Numbered from the stretch's first letter, positions 23,601 to 33,240 are shown. The stretch: 45,174 bases of DNA from Nemertoderma westbladi (GCA_032718475.1 JAUCBJ010000822.1:1-45174), one strand, 5' to 3'. Program-made: numbers and translations. Notes: generated from the sequence alone by a model not told the origin.

Positions 23601-25087
23601 AGAAGTACGTCGAGAAAGGATGGGCCGTGGAGTTACCGGTCGACGAGCCGAACACGGATAGGACATATTACCTGCCACTGCACGTGGCTTTAGATCCAAA
23701 GAAAGGTAAACTAAGGATGGTAGTCGACGCATCGGCAAAGACCGACGGAAAATGCTTAAACGATTACCTGTTAGAAGGCCCAAACATATACAATTCGGGC
23801 ATAGAAGTGTTACTTATATTTAGAAATGGGAAACACGCCTTCACGTGCGACATAGAAGGCATGTTCAACCAAGTCCGTGTAACGGAAGAAGATAGCGACA
23901 GTCAACGCTTCTTATGGTATAACGGCGAGGAAGAACCGCCGATAATACCAGCATATAAGATGGTAGTACAGAACATGGGGGCCAAGTCGTCTTCATTTAC
24001 GACGACTATGGCAGTGAGAGACACAGTAAAGGGGAAGGAAGATAGATACAGCAGTAGGGCCGTCGATATGATTCGACGCGGTTTCTACGTAGACGACGGA
24101 ATGGAGTCTGGAAATACGGTTAAGGAGATACTGGATACAGGGCGCGAGGTTCGCGACATCCTAAAGGGATCCGGCTTTAACCTGACCAAATTCCAATCCA
24201 GTTCGGAAGAATTTACCAAGGCGATAGAGGACAGGAGACCAGAATCGACCATGGATAATCCCACAACAGCCAAAGGGCAGGACATGGCAATTAAGAGAAC
24301 AGAATCTCAACAGAAGGCATTGGGAATCGTGTGGAACAGGGAGACAGACGAATTGAAGTATCAGCTGAGCCAGGAGGGCGCAGACATCCACACGAAAAGG
24401 GGCTATGTATCGTATATAGCAAGGATATACGATCCCCTAGGCCTAGCATCCCCATTATTAGTCACGGGGAAACAGATACTCAAGAGAGTATACAAACTGA
24501 AGGATGAGTGGGACGTAGAGGTACCAGAGGAAATCAAGAAACAGTGGAGCAAGTGGACAGGAGACTTGGAGAAGATGGGAACATACAACATCCCACGGGT
24601 GTATTTCCCGGATGGGAACATGACGAATCTGGACCTACACATGTTCTCCGACGCGTCGTTGGAAGCGTACGGAGCGGCACTTTACTTAGTACAACGAGAG
24701 GGGGCTCATAAGCCAAGACTAGCCTTTAGCAAAGCAAAGTCAACGCCGCCAGATTCAGCATCAGTTCCCAAGTTAGAATTGACAGCCGCGAGGCTAGGAG
24801 TAAGGGCCACAGCCTACCTAGTGGATACTATTCCCAACATAGTGGAAACACACTACTGGACGGACTCCATGGTAGTGCTTGGTTGGCTACACAACGAAAG
24901 GACGAGATACCCGATATTCGTCGCGAATAGAGTGGACGAAATAAGGGCGAGCACAGAACTAGGAAAGGTGGCACTACTGCCCAACAGACGAGAACCCAGC
25001 GGACTTGCTGTCGAGGGGCGTGGAACGCCACACTTTCCTGAAGAAGGAAGTATTGTGGCAACATGGGCCACAATTTCTGAGCGATAG
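20630..25087 (+). CDS. BEL/Pao Gag capsid-like domain, zinc knuckles, aspartic protease, RT and RNase H
   Basis: EPFKFDG..EYLQF, CQLHANALHQTMNC, CSRCVMSGHRAREC, LVDSGA, TPFGW, YYLPLH, RMVVDAS, DIEGMF, FYVDD, YDPLG, FSDAS, PKLEL, YWTDS and FVANRV. Confidence 0.95.
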   Translation: MRLSRERQVDVVRGRTKRRARSEEGRGTVGFNREVDERSHEREYSTDRRRREDSSRSIAANDRRARTDSEPSVVEMRTESQWGRTPGDCRRPGEMRPGEAHYAPREGYAMYRYEDENSREGGRRETFRRNTPIDREYGSRGEDYSRRINFDPEQHMQTVGHTVGLTAHTIGHTERGNVGDRIAWTTGLNPEVAEYIPAGRPEADRPIPVPAQQYDYSMQGHNIYPGEGGIIADRCMGPNILTSTPVPNIPVGGEGQGDIPPSQYQQYTPIGARTTRPLDENRSCDTEIWRGPLPPMTYPSQRRSRNRTDEPHQTGETIQHPSNPLEAQAMGMATLIDALKTRIELPPVEPFKFDGSRPEEYLQFRRMYSNEILTKNLTQAECLKYLQVYTGGPAYDIVRQYQGIEGGFTTAWRALDREYGHPAKIIRQTLRGITSGGLQDNPVSIKTFANKVEKALIVLKTLDAPYELNASNNITTIAQTLPNWLRNKWRKIAFSTRDKKGAEPGLEEMSNFLNYGAELITDPVYSEDSLGKGPKTDYHRPKPEHNTSNALPRLRQSLPYAATQGTTSPQLAEDKTTPWNGQGNNNNTNKHNPSTSSRQNPNNKNSRDFGTNATAIRNALYKEGYDPKSKCQLHANALHQTMNCRYWQALPRQDQIDYAFSNKICSRCVMSGHRARECKEKPMKFGQRRGQTMATSTVGAKKRGTVLLGVVPVRVIGEGNRSVTTLMLVDSGAAFTLVEEWVAVEIGLRTRPSRMAVTTISSKDEVLEMRTGRCAIAAVAPGCDYGATIDPIQVIESININARRPTNIEVEQYKFLDDIDFSIPDVDVRKVSIIVGMDCPTAHERMQTVFGEDKQSDPVAILTPFGWTLSGPIKSKIPFRMSETSRCMFTGTMQEMGDEGAEEQLKRLLRQDFEGLKETGVGTSVEDKQALQSVEESMTCDEGRYTIGMVWKLPKIPLPDNRGMVLTRLRKLKQTLKRSPEKNEYIHRTIKKYVEKGWAVELPVDEPNTDRTYYLPLHVALDPKKGKLRMVVDASAKTDGKCLNDYLLEGPNIYNSGIEVLLIFRNGKHAFTCDIEGMFNQVRVTEEDSDSQRFLWYNGEEEPPIIPAYKMVVQNMGAKSSSFTTTMAVRDTVKGKEDRYSSRAVDMIRRGFYVDDGMESGNTVKEILDTGREVRDILKGSGFNLTKFQSSSEEFTKAIEDRRPESTMDNPTTAKGQDMAIKRTESQQKALGIVWNRETDELKYQLSQEGADIHTKRGYVSYIARIYDPLGLASPLLVTGKQILKRVYKLKDEWDVEVPEEIKKQWSKWTGDLEKMGTYNIPRVYFPDGNMTNLDLHMFSDASLEAYGAALYLVQREGAHKPRLAFSKAKSTPPDSASVPKLELTAARLGVRATAYLVDTIPNIVETHYWTDSMVVLGWLHNERTRYPIFVANRVDEIRASTELGKVALLPNRREPSGLAVEGRGTPHFPEEGSIVATWATISER

Positions 25088-26054
25088 GGAGGCCTGGCCG
25101 CCGATGAGGAAGGTGGACCCGGGCTCGGAAGTAGTATCAGAAGGAGAAGAGGGAGATTCAGAGGGAGAAGAGATATACTCCCAGATGGTGAGGGAGATTA
25201 GGGACGTGCAACCAGGAAGGGAACTGTGCGATAACCCAACGGATAAACTCCTCAGCTACAGTTCTAGTTGGTATAAGACCAAGAAACTAGTGGCGTATTG
25301 GAGAGCCTTCGGGAATTTCCTTGCGGGAGTTGGCAAGGACAAGAAAATCAGGACAACCATAGATCTGGAGGGAGCGGCCAAGGCAGTGATCCGCTATGAA
25401 CAACGGAAGAACTACGGCGACGAGGTGGAACGCGTCGGTAACCAACAGCACCTCCGACGGGACAGCGAGCTGATTACGCTGTCGCCACAACTCAATGACG
25501 ACGGGATTCTAGTAATGAATTCTAGGGTGGGATACAACAATAGCATAGTCGTACCACCGAAACCCATCATCATTCCTACAGGATCGCCAATAGTCCACCA
25601 GATTATATGGGACTCCCACAAATCGATATTGCACGGGGGCACCAACCGAACCCTCACAGAGATAAGGAGGACCTATTGGGTCAAACAATTAAGGAAGAAG
25701 GTTAAAGCGGTAGTGGGGCAGTGCCAGACCTGCCGACGGGCGAAGAAGGAGCGAGCCATACAGGAGATGGCGCCACTACCGGCGAGTAGGGTAAGACAGC
25801 ACGACCCGCCATTTACGCATTGCGGTGTGGACATGTTCGGGCCGATAAAGATCAAGGTGATGCGACACACGGAGAAACGCTACGGTATTATCTTCGTATG
25901 CAACAATACGCGGGCGGTAGGGATAGAACTCGCCCAAGATGCAACCGCATCAGCGTTCATTAACGCCTTAGAAAGGTTCAGGGACCTGCAAAGGTGGGAC
26001 GATCGCAGTGATATACAGCGACAACGGCACCAACTTTGTGGGCGCAGAGAGTGA
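24968..26054 (+). CDS. Pol continuation: RNase H end, integrase zinc-binding domain and core start (frameshifted)
   Basis: WHYCPTDENPADLLSRG begins in the new frame near 24968. H..ILHGG, CQTC and GVDMFGP are present. Confidence 0.9.
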
Positions 26055-26727
26055 AATGGCAGAGGCCTTGGACATCTTGGAAGGGGAAGAAGTCAGGGCA
26101 GCCATGAGACGACGAGAGGTAAAGTGGGAGAGAAGGACGCCGTATGCACCACATACACTAGGATGCGTCGAGAGACTGGTGGGCAGTTCAAAGCGTCTAA
26201 TGACAAAGCTAATGAACACCCACATGGTCACTGAGGACGTCTTACGGACAGTACTTGCGAAGTGCGAGGGGATCATTAATAGCAGACCGCTATATCCGGA
26301 GAATGACGACCCTGAGTCACTAGACGTGTTAACGCCTAGCCATTTCCTAATGGAAAGACCAGCGACCATCGATATGCGGGGTGTAGACCCAGATGACATA
26401 CACTCCCGCCAAAGTTGGAAAGTCGCAAAGGCAATAAGCGCTGAGTATTGGAGGAGGTGGGTCGAGGAATACCTACCCACGCTCCATAAGCGAAGCAAAT
26501 GGAGGAAACCGAACAGGGAGTTAAGAGCAGGAGATCTTGTAATCGTTACGGATGATACTATCATCAACAACCAGTGGCGGTTGGCGAGAGTTGTAGACAC
26601 CTACTCCGACGAGGACGGAAGAGTCCGATCGGTAGAAGTGCGGATAGGTGGAAAGATAGGTGCGAAGGACAGAAAAACCTACAAGAGAGCAGTAGGGAAA
26701 TGCTGTCTTCTAGAAGGGGCACCTTAG
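26008..26727 (+). CDS. Integrase core end and BEL C-terminal domain (frameshifted)
   Basis: IYSDNGTNFVG, GCVERLV, INSRPL, LTPSHFL, WVEEYLP and DGRVRSVEV. Confidence 0.92.
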   Translation: MIYSDNGTNFVGAESEMAEALDILEGEEVRAAMRRREVKWERRTPYAPHTLGCVERLVGSSKRLMTKLMNTHMVTEDVLRTVLAKCEGIINSRPLYPENDDPESLDVLTPSHFLMERPATIDMRGVDPDDIHSRQSWKVAKAISAEYWRRWVEEYLPTLHKRSKWRKPNRELRAGDLVIVTDDTIINNQWRLARVVDTYSDEDGRVRSVEVRIGGKIGAKDRKTYKRAVGKCCLLEGAP

Positions 26728-26849
26728 AAGTGGAGTTAGCGCTTAGTTTAGTCGTCCAAGTTTTGGACTGAGGGGGGTGGGATTGAGGGCGAGACGCCCT
26801 TCCCACATATAAAATTTGAAAAATAAAATAAAAATAAAATAATAGTACA

Positions 26850-27675
26850 TGAGTAGGTACGCAGTTAGTAGGCAGAAGGTACGTAGTACCTAATTAGTTA
26901 GTAGGTACGTAGTACCTAGAGTTAGTTAGTTAGTTAGTAGGTACGTAGTACCTAGAGTTAGTTAGAGGGTTAGTAGGTACGTAGTACCTAGTTAGAGAAG
27001 TTAGTTAGTAGGTACGTAATACCTAGAGTTAGTTAGAGGGTTAGTAGGTACGCAGTACCTAGTTAGAGAAGTTAGTTAGTAGGTACGTAGTACCTAGAGT
27101 TAGTTAGTTAGTTAGAGGGTACGTAGTACCGTTAGTTAGAGAAGTTAGAGGGTACGTAGTACCGTTAGTTAGAGTTAGAGTTAGAGGGTACGTAGTACCT
27201 GAGTTAGTTAGAGTTAGAGGGTACGTAGTACCGTTAGTTAGAGTTAGAGTTAGTAGGTACGTAGTACCGTTAGTTAGAGTTAGAGTTAGAGGGTACGTAG
27301 TACCGTTAGTTAGAGTTAGAGTTAGAGGGTACGTAGTACCGTTAGCTAGAGTTAGAGTTAGAGGGTACGTAGTACCGTTAGTTAGAGTTAGAGTTGGAGG
27401 GTACGTGGTACCGTTAGTTAGAGTTAGAGTTAGAGGGTACGTAGTACCGGTAGTTAGAGTTAGAGTTAGAGGGTACGTGGTACCGTTAGTTAGAGTTAGA
27501 GTTAGAGGGTACGTAGTACCGTTAGTTAGAGTTAGAGTTAGAGGGTACGTAGTACCGCTAGTTAGAGTTAGAGTTAGAGGGTACGTAGTACCGTTGTCAG
27601 AGTTAGAGAGTCAGAGGGTACGTAGTACCATTAGTTAGAGAAGAGTTAGAGTTAGAGGGTACGTGGTACCATTAG
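26850..27675 (+). repeat. Internal tandem array (about 30-36 bp units: GGTACGTAGTACC plus TTAG/TTAGAG)
   Basis: Directly visible; units converge on gagggtacgtagtaccgttagttagagttagagtta. Confidence 0.95.
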
Positions 27676-27701
27676 AGAGAGAGAGAGTAAGAGGTAGAAG
27701 G

Positions 27702-28149
27702 GTATATAAGATATAGATATTAGTTAGCAGTTAGTAGAGAGAGGGGGGCATATGAGTACAGCTGGGTAAGTCGTGTGGCCACACGACGCACACTGCTGTA
27801 CTGCATAGGCCAGAACACAGAGTAGGCCAGAATGTGGATTAGAGAATAGAATAATCCATAGGCAGTAGTAAGTAGCAGGACAGTAGAATCAAATTAAAAT
27901 AGATAAATAAATAGAATAGGGCTGAAAGGTGTACAAATAATGGCAACACAAGGAAAGTTATTCTAGAACATAATAAAAGTAACGGACAGAAATTGTAAAT
28001 TACGCCCATTTACTAGCTTCAAAATTAATTAAGGATAATTTAGGTTAAAAGGCGCAGTTAAGTAGGAAATAGGCCATTATCGAACTGTACAGAACATCCT
28101 AGATACATCACTCATCTGTATTGCGCCTTGGTAAGGCACCACCTTGCAG
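27702..28149 (+). promoter_or_regulatory. Putative internal promoter and 5' intron for the accessory ORF
   Basis: TATATAAG at about 27703, donor GG|GTAAGT at 27766, branch-like CTCAT at 28111, acceptor CCTTGCAG ending 28149, and ATG at 28171. Confidence 0.45.
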
Positions 28150-28170
28150 GTGAGCGAGTGAACGTTCGGA

Positions 28171-29889
28171 ATGGCGAGCAAGTTGATCAGAAAGAGAAAG
28201 GCGGAGTCAGGAGGAAAGGAGATACTGGTGGATTTCACCGAGAGGCATCCGGAAGAGAAGATGAGAGGATACTACGAGAAGTTGGAAAGGGGTCACGCGG
28301 CACGAGCGCTGCAGGATCACTTCCGGGAGATGCACGAACAGCGGCTGGTCGGGACCTACGGGACGCCGGTGCTGGACAACGCGATCTTCCAACACTTCCA
28401 CTACGTGGTGAAAGGGGACGAGGCGAAGTTCGGGATTCCGAAGTACCCGAGGGAATCACCGAGGAAGGACTGGAAGAGATTCATAGAGTCCGTCAACAAA
28501 GGAGGATATATGATCCTAGACGACGAGGGAACCGTGGAAGACGAGGCGGGTTCGAGACGAGGAACGGCGGGGTCGGCCAGGACCATACTCCTACATTTGG
28601 CCGCGCCAAATGGGGACATCTTCTTATTCGATCTAGGAACGTATGGGAAGAAGGACGGGCCGAAATTAGACCGGTTACCGAAAGCGGTACAAGTCTTAGT
28701 AAGAGAGAAATCGACGACGAAAGTGGGATCGGCGATTCGCGAGGATGCGGAGAGGATCATCGGTCCGGACGCCACCAACCTCCTGGATATGCAGAAAGTC
28801 TTTATGGCTATGACGGCACCGAATGGATTGGGGGTGGTCGAAAACACAGGCCAATGCGGGGCGGTGGCGATGGGCCAATTATTGGGGCTCGTATGCCACA
28901 AACCAATGGATTGGGGGAAGTTCAGGGAAGAGTACGGAGCAGAACTAGCGAACTCGCTAAAGTGGGGAGCGAGACCGGGAAAGCAGGAGGTATATCAATT
29001 CCGCAGAGGAGCGATAAAGGTATATCAGAAGCGATATATCCTGCAGGAAGACTGGATCATGATAAGTTTGCTTAACTTATTTATGACCGTGGTTGTCGAG
29101 AGGGAACCAGGGGCATTTCTGTTATCAGGATCACCCCTAAGCTACAGGAGAGCCTTTAAGACGGCCTTTGACGGTCTGGTAGACCACCCGGGGCTGAAGG
29201 GCGAGTCGGCGTACTACAACAGCCAGCATCTGGTAGACGGGGAGACAGATACACCGTATCAGAGATGGGAGCAGCTAGAAGCGGATAGACGAGAAGCAAA
29301 GCGACTGGAAGAAGTCGCCAGACAGGAGAGGATAGAAGCGGAGGAGAGGGAAGAGGAGGCCAGGACACAGAGTTACGGCTTCGAGGAACAGGCAGGCCTA
29401 GATGAACTTCATTGGACTTCATCAGGGAGTTCGGGGGAGTCTCTAGGGCGAGAATTGGGATGGACGGTGGGATCACCGAAACAGTCGACGTCGGGGTTGC
29501 AAACGATGCCCATACCGGCGGGCGCCGAGGGCGACCAACTGCCAAGGAAGTTACGGGAGCTAGAGGGATGGAGAGCTACGGGCGAGAGCCAAGGCGGGAA
29601 GGGACATAGTGGATCCATCGGGATACCGGGGTTGGAAACACTACCAGAAGAGGAGGACAACGACGACGAGTTCGGAGAGATGCCGCCCATCGAGAGGATA
29701 GGCCACTCGGACACGGACTGGGTTGGCGGAAGGGTGGTGACGGCCAGTGGGGCGAGGGCCTTCGCACGAGAACCCGGCGATGGATTTCGCGGGGAGCATT
29801 ATCAGGTTGGGCGAGCAACCGGGGACGGCACCACGGATAGTATTCGGGGAGACGATGCCCGAGAGGGGCGGAGAGATCGACGTAGATAG
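28171..29889 (+). CDS. Accessory ORF part 1: DEDDy (DnaQ-fold; WRN/EXD/Mut-7/RNase D-like) 3'-5' exonuclease
   Basis: ExoI ILDDEG (28513-28530), LLHLAAPNGDIFLFDL, LPKAVQVLVREKSTTKVGSAIRED (ExoII), NLLDMQ, G..AMGQLLG...HK and QKRYILQED (ExoIII-like). N-terminal basic KLIRKRK. Confidence 0.75.
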   Translation: MASKLIRKRKAESGGKEILVDFTERHPEEKMRGYYEKLERGHAARALQDHFREMHEQRLVGTYGTPVLDNAIFQHFHYVVKGDEAKFGIPKYPRESPRKDWKRFIESVNKGGYMILDDEGTVEDEAGSRRGTAGSARTILLHLAAPNGDIFLFDLGTYGKKDGPKLDRLPKAVQVLVREKSTTKVGSAIREDAERIIGPDATNLLDMQKVFMAMTAPNGLGVVENTGQCGAVAMGQLLGLVCHKPMDWGKFREEYGAELANSLKWGARPGKQEVYQFRRGAIKVYQKRYILQEDWIMISLLNLFMTVVVEREPGAFLLSGSPLSYRRAFKTAFDGLVDHPGLKGESAYYNSQHLVDGETDTPYQRWEQLEADRREAKRLEEVARQERIEAEEREEEARTQSYGFEEQAGLDELHWTSSGSSGESLGRELGWTVGSPKQSTSGLQTMPIPAGAEGDQLPRKLRELEGWRATGESQGGKGHSGSIGIPGLETLPEEEDNDDEFGEMPPIERIGHSDTDWVGGRVVTASGARAFAREPGDGFRGEHYQVGRATGDGTTDSIRGDDAREGRRDRRR

Positions 29890-30691
29890 AGAGACCAACG
29901 TAGAGAAGTTCACCTACCAGCGACTCCACAGACCGCGGAGATCGCTTGGGACGAAGGACGAGGTGGGACGGGAGACATTGGTACTCGGCTGCGACTACTG
30001 TGGGAGACAGACCCACCAAGAAAAGAATTGCCTTTACCGGTTCCAAAAGGGAACCTTTTGTCTCTACTGCCGAGAACAAAGCCACAGGATGGGGGCGTGC
30101 CCACGGTTGCATAATCGATGTACAAAGTGCCACTTTCGGGGACACTACGGACGCGAGTGCGACTGGGTGAGCGGCGGGGAGAAGTTCACAAGGTTCGAGG
30201 AGTGGGCCGACGTCGGGGCCATGACGCGCCAGCGCATGAAGGCCCAGGAGTTTAAGTGGGGTTTCTTCCTTATCAATCAGGAGACTCACATGGAAATCAT
30301 AAAGCGGAGGCTACCGTTTACCCACCAAGAGGTAGCAACGGCGGTGTCGTACGCTGGAGTGATGAACACGCAAAGGTATCTGGACAGGTGGACGCCAGAG
30401 AACCGAAGAGAGTTTAGGGATTTCTTGGCGGAGCACGTACCAAAGGCAATGAAAATGATCCTATGGGACGCCACCAGAGGGAGACAACCGGGCCACTCTG
30501 AGGGGCCACCGGCGAAGCGATATCGGGCACTAATAACACCAGCGCCCAAGGAGCCAACGACCGGGATCAGCAGGGAGGTGGCGGCGAAGGTCCGAAAGCA
30601 GAAGGCGGATGATGCCAGAGGAATGGTGATAACCAAGAAACGACCCAGGGAAGAGGACGCCAGGGGGAACTATCCCCAGAGGAACAGATAG
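29747..30691 (+). CDS. Accessory ORF part 2: three tandem CCHC zinc knuckles; probably the same gene as 28171 via a +1 frameshift
   Basis: CDYCGRQTHQEKNC, CLYCREQSHRMGAC and CTKCHFRGHYGREC are all CX2CX4HX4C. Basic NLS-like PPAKRYR and KKRPR. Confidence 0.8.
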   Translation: MGRGPSHENPAMDFAGSIIRLGEQPGTAPRIVFGETMPERGGEIDVDRETNVEKFTYQRLHRPRRSLGTKDEVGRETLVLGCDYCGRQTHQEKNCLYRFQKGTFCLYCREQSHRMGACPRLHNRCTKCHFRGHYGRECDWVSGGEKFTRFEEWADVGAMTRQRMKAQEFKWGFFLINQETHMEIIKRRLPFTHQEVATAVSYAGVMNTQRYLDRWTPENRREFRDFLAEHVPKAMKMILWDATRGRQPGHSEGPPAKRYRALITPAPKEPTTGISREVAAKVRKQKADDARGMVITKKRPREEDARGNYPQRNR

Positions 30692-31394
30692 GTTCCCAGA
30701 GTCGAGGGAGAGAGACTGGAACTTGGACGTGGTACGCCTGGAAGGCGCCGCGTGGGACGTACGAATTATTAAGTACAAATTCAATTAATGCAAATAATCA
30801 TATAAGTGCAATTTGTATGTACTGATGTGATTAGTAATCTACGAATATACGCTGGGAGTAAGTACTATAGTCATACAACCTTTCTCAATTAGCTACTGGG
30901 ACTGGGGGGTAAACTGACTATGGCACTATGGACGAGACACCAGACAATTTCACACTTCTTGAGTGCGACGGCACAAGAGGGGGGGGGGGGAGATTCGTCA
31001 GAAGGGATGAGGTAGTCAGAGTAGGGTTGAGGGACAGAGTAGTAGGTGCGAAGTGCGGAGAGCGTGCGGACGCAATTCTAGTGTGGGGGGGGGGAGAATA
31101 AGAGGCTGAGTGAGGGACGAGGAGGTCCGAGTGTATGAGAGAGTTAGGGTGAGAGTGAAGAGGAGATAGGGCGGAAGTGTTGGGGAAACAAAAGTTGCGT
31201 GAGAGGTGAGCGCGATCGGCCCGACATGAGACGCCAGGCACACAGGGTAGCGTTATCATACCCATAGGGGGCAGCCTGGAAAGCCGACTCTGAGAGAAAA
31301 GAATTCCACCCCACACCCGATACTAGATCGGGATCCAGCGGGATTGTAGCGCACTTTTTTGGTTGATGCTATCTTCTTACCGGGAAGATAGCAT

Positions 31395-31403
31395 GGGGGG
31401 GAG
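31395..31403 (+). other. Polypurine tract
   Basis: GGGGGGGAG immediately precedes the 3' LTR TG. Confidence 0.85.
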
Positions 31404-31940
31404 TGTTAGCTTATTCAATCCCGCTAACACCCCATAAAGTTATAAGCCGATAAGCAATATTGGGAGCCACGAGATTGGATAATTAACCAACTCGTGCCAT
31501 CCCAATAAGAATGGGAAGGAAGCACACAATAGAGGGTCAGGGGCCAAACCCCTAACCCAGAGAGAATAGGTGGAGTGAACGGGAACACTCCAAAGGGCGC
31601 CAACAAGGGTATCAACCAATCAGAGGGGGGCAAGGCATCGATTAGGTAGTAATTAGGCCAACCGTGCAATATAACCAGTAACCCAATATCAGTAATTCAG
31701 TTATCTCAGTGCAGTAGTGCTAGTATAGGTTAGTTAGTTTAGATAGGGGAGCACGGGACTTTAGTTACCGTATCCCGCCTTCCATATATTATACTATCAT
31801 CAGATCATATCTATATCTTATACCAATTATATACAGCGAACATCAGAACTCATTTACCGTTTCCATTTACTCTTTACACACGGCGGGGACGCGTAAGCTA
31901 AACACCGGATAAACCGGGATCCCTCCTGGATCCCGTCACA
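31404..31940 (+). repeat. 3' LTR
   Basis: Direct repeat of 17534-18070, followed by the CTTAT TSD. Confidence 0.97.
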
Positions 31941-32190
31941 CTTATCTAAATCATTCCAGCCTGGAACTGTTTTTTGTTTGACTTACTAATTGAGCGTTTG
32001 GGTAATGATGTCTGACCTGCATTTTTGATAGCGGCAATAATAAATATCATTGTATAAATTATCTATTGCACCAAATTGATTTAGGTATAATTTCTGCAAT
32101 AAAACCGAATAGTTTTTGTCATTTTTAGAAGAATGATTTGAGATTCCAACATGCTCCTTGACATTGCCATTATCATTGCAATCCATTAAT
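31941..32190 (-). pseudogene. Upstream part of the LINE ORF2 interrupted by the BEL element
   Basis: Joined across the TSD it reads KTVPGWNDLDK|DRYDESRVNFKIWRSNGCPRFG, the PGWN..W..G.PR.G linker motif of such LINEs. Confidence 0.75.
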
Positions 32191-33240
32191 TAACATAATA
32201 GGTAGGCAATCAGAGTTGCTGTCTATGAGCAAAGGAGCATACCCAGCTATTATGAGTAATATTAATATGCTTAATCGTAATTTAGCGTTTGTTCTATACC
32301 AGTAAAAATTTATCTTTTTCGTAGTTTTTGTTACAACTTTTATTGTAATGCACTTTGGGCTGATAAATTCTTTTTCAATCGTTTAAGAGTTGCATACAAT
32401 ATTGTTAGGCGTCTATTCAACTTTAAATATGACGATAGTGCAAGTGGAATGTTCACTGCTTTGCGCTTAAACTCATTTGTTCATATAAGACGATTCTCCC
32501 TTGCCAGTCTTTTTAACCCCTTAAACCTTTTAATTTATTTAATGTTTAATACGTGCATCGAGTCTTCACCTATTTATGGGACTTTTGTTTCACTAACGTC
32601 TTAGTTTTGCATTTATATTCATATTATTAAAATTATATCAATTGTGTTTTTTGCTGTGCTATAATTAACTTGTTAATATAAGGTGCAGTAGGTTTAACTA
32701 GATATGGATCAGTATTACTATTAAGATTACATTTTAAATTTTAAACTTGATCTGGATTAAATAAATAAATAAAAAAATAATTAAAAAAGGACGATCATGC
32801 ATTTTTAAAATGTCCAAAAACTAGATGTAACAAACTATCTGACTTTATGTTCAATTTTTCCAGCCATCAGTGTAATAACTGAATGCATGCAGTGTTTTAG
32901 TGTTTTATAAACACTCAACATATATAATTGAGCAATTGATTATTCTGGAATATATCTTTGTTGCTTTACTTTAATTTATGTTAATGTATGCTATCGGTAA
33001 TCATTATTAGCCTGATTTGGTGAAAACTTTGAAAATATTAAAAACAGTGCAATGCATCGCCAATAAACATATATATTACTGGTGACGACGACAATAACAC
33101 TAAATATGTCATCTTTAGATTCAACAAAATGTGAAGTACGTGAAGGAAAATATAATTATGAAAAATAACTAAGTTACTCCGCCTCCAACGGGGTAATTAA
33201 TACTCAATGGTATATACAACAATAACAACGATACACACTA

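Larger units (their letters stand above)
17534..31940 (+). mobile_element. Full-length BEL/Pao LTR retrotransposon with a 3' accessory gene
   Basis: Two 537-bp TG...CA LTRs, CTTAT TSD (17529-17533 and 31941-31945), Gag-PR-RT-RNaseH-IN order with BEL-type motifs, and a PPT before the 3' LTR. Confidence 0.97.

Noticed and set aside
18092-26806. Numerous minus-strand ORFs over gag-pol
   Set aside because: They are antisense shadows of a purine-rich coding strand with no domain signatures.
26850-27675. CRISPR-like appearance (palindromic repeat units) and ORF 27405..27638
   Set aside because: There are no unique spacers and no cas genes, the context is a eukaryotic retrotransposon, and the ORF is a repeat translation.
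28128-29075. 315-aa overlapping ORF
   Set aside because: It is a G/R-rich alternate-frame shadow of the exonuclease ORF. The homologue at 1-540 conserves the 28171 frame.
28171-30691. env gene
   Set aside because: No signal peptide or transmembrane anchor is evident; nuclease and zinc-knuckle motifs are present instead.
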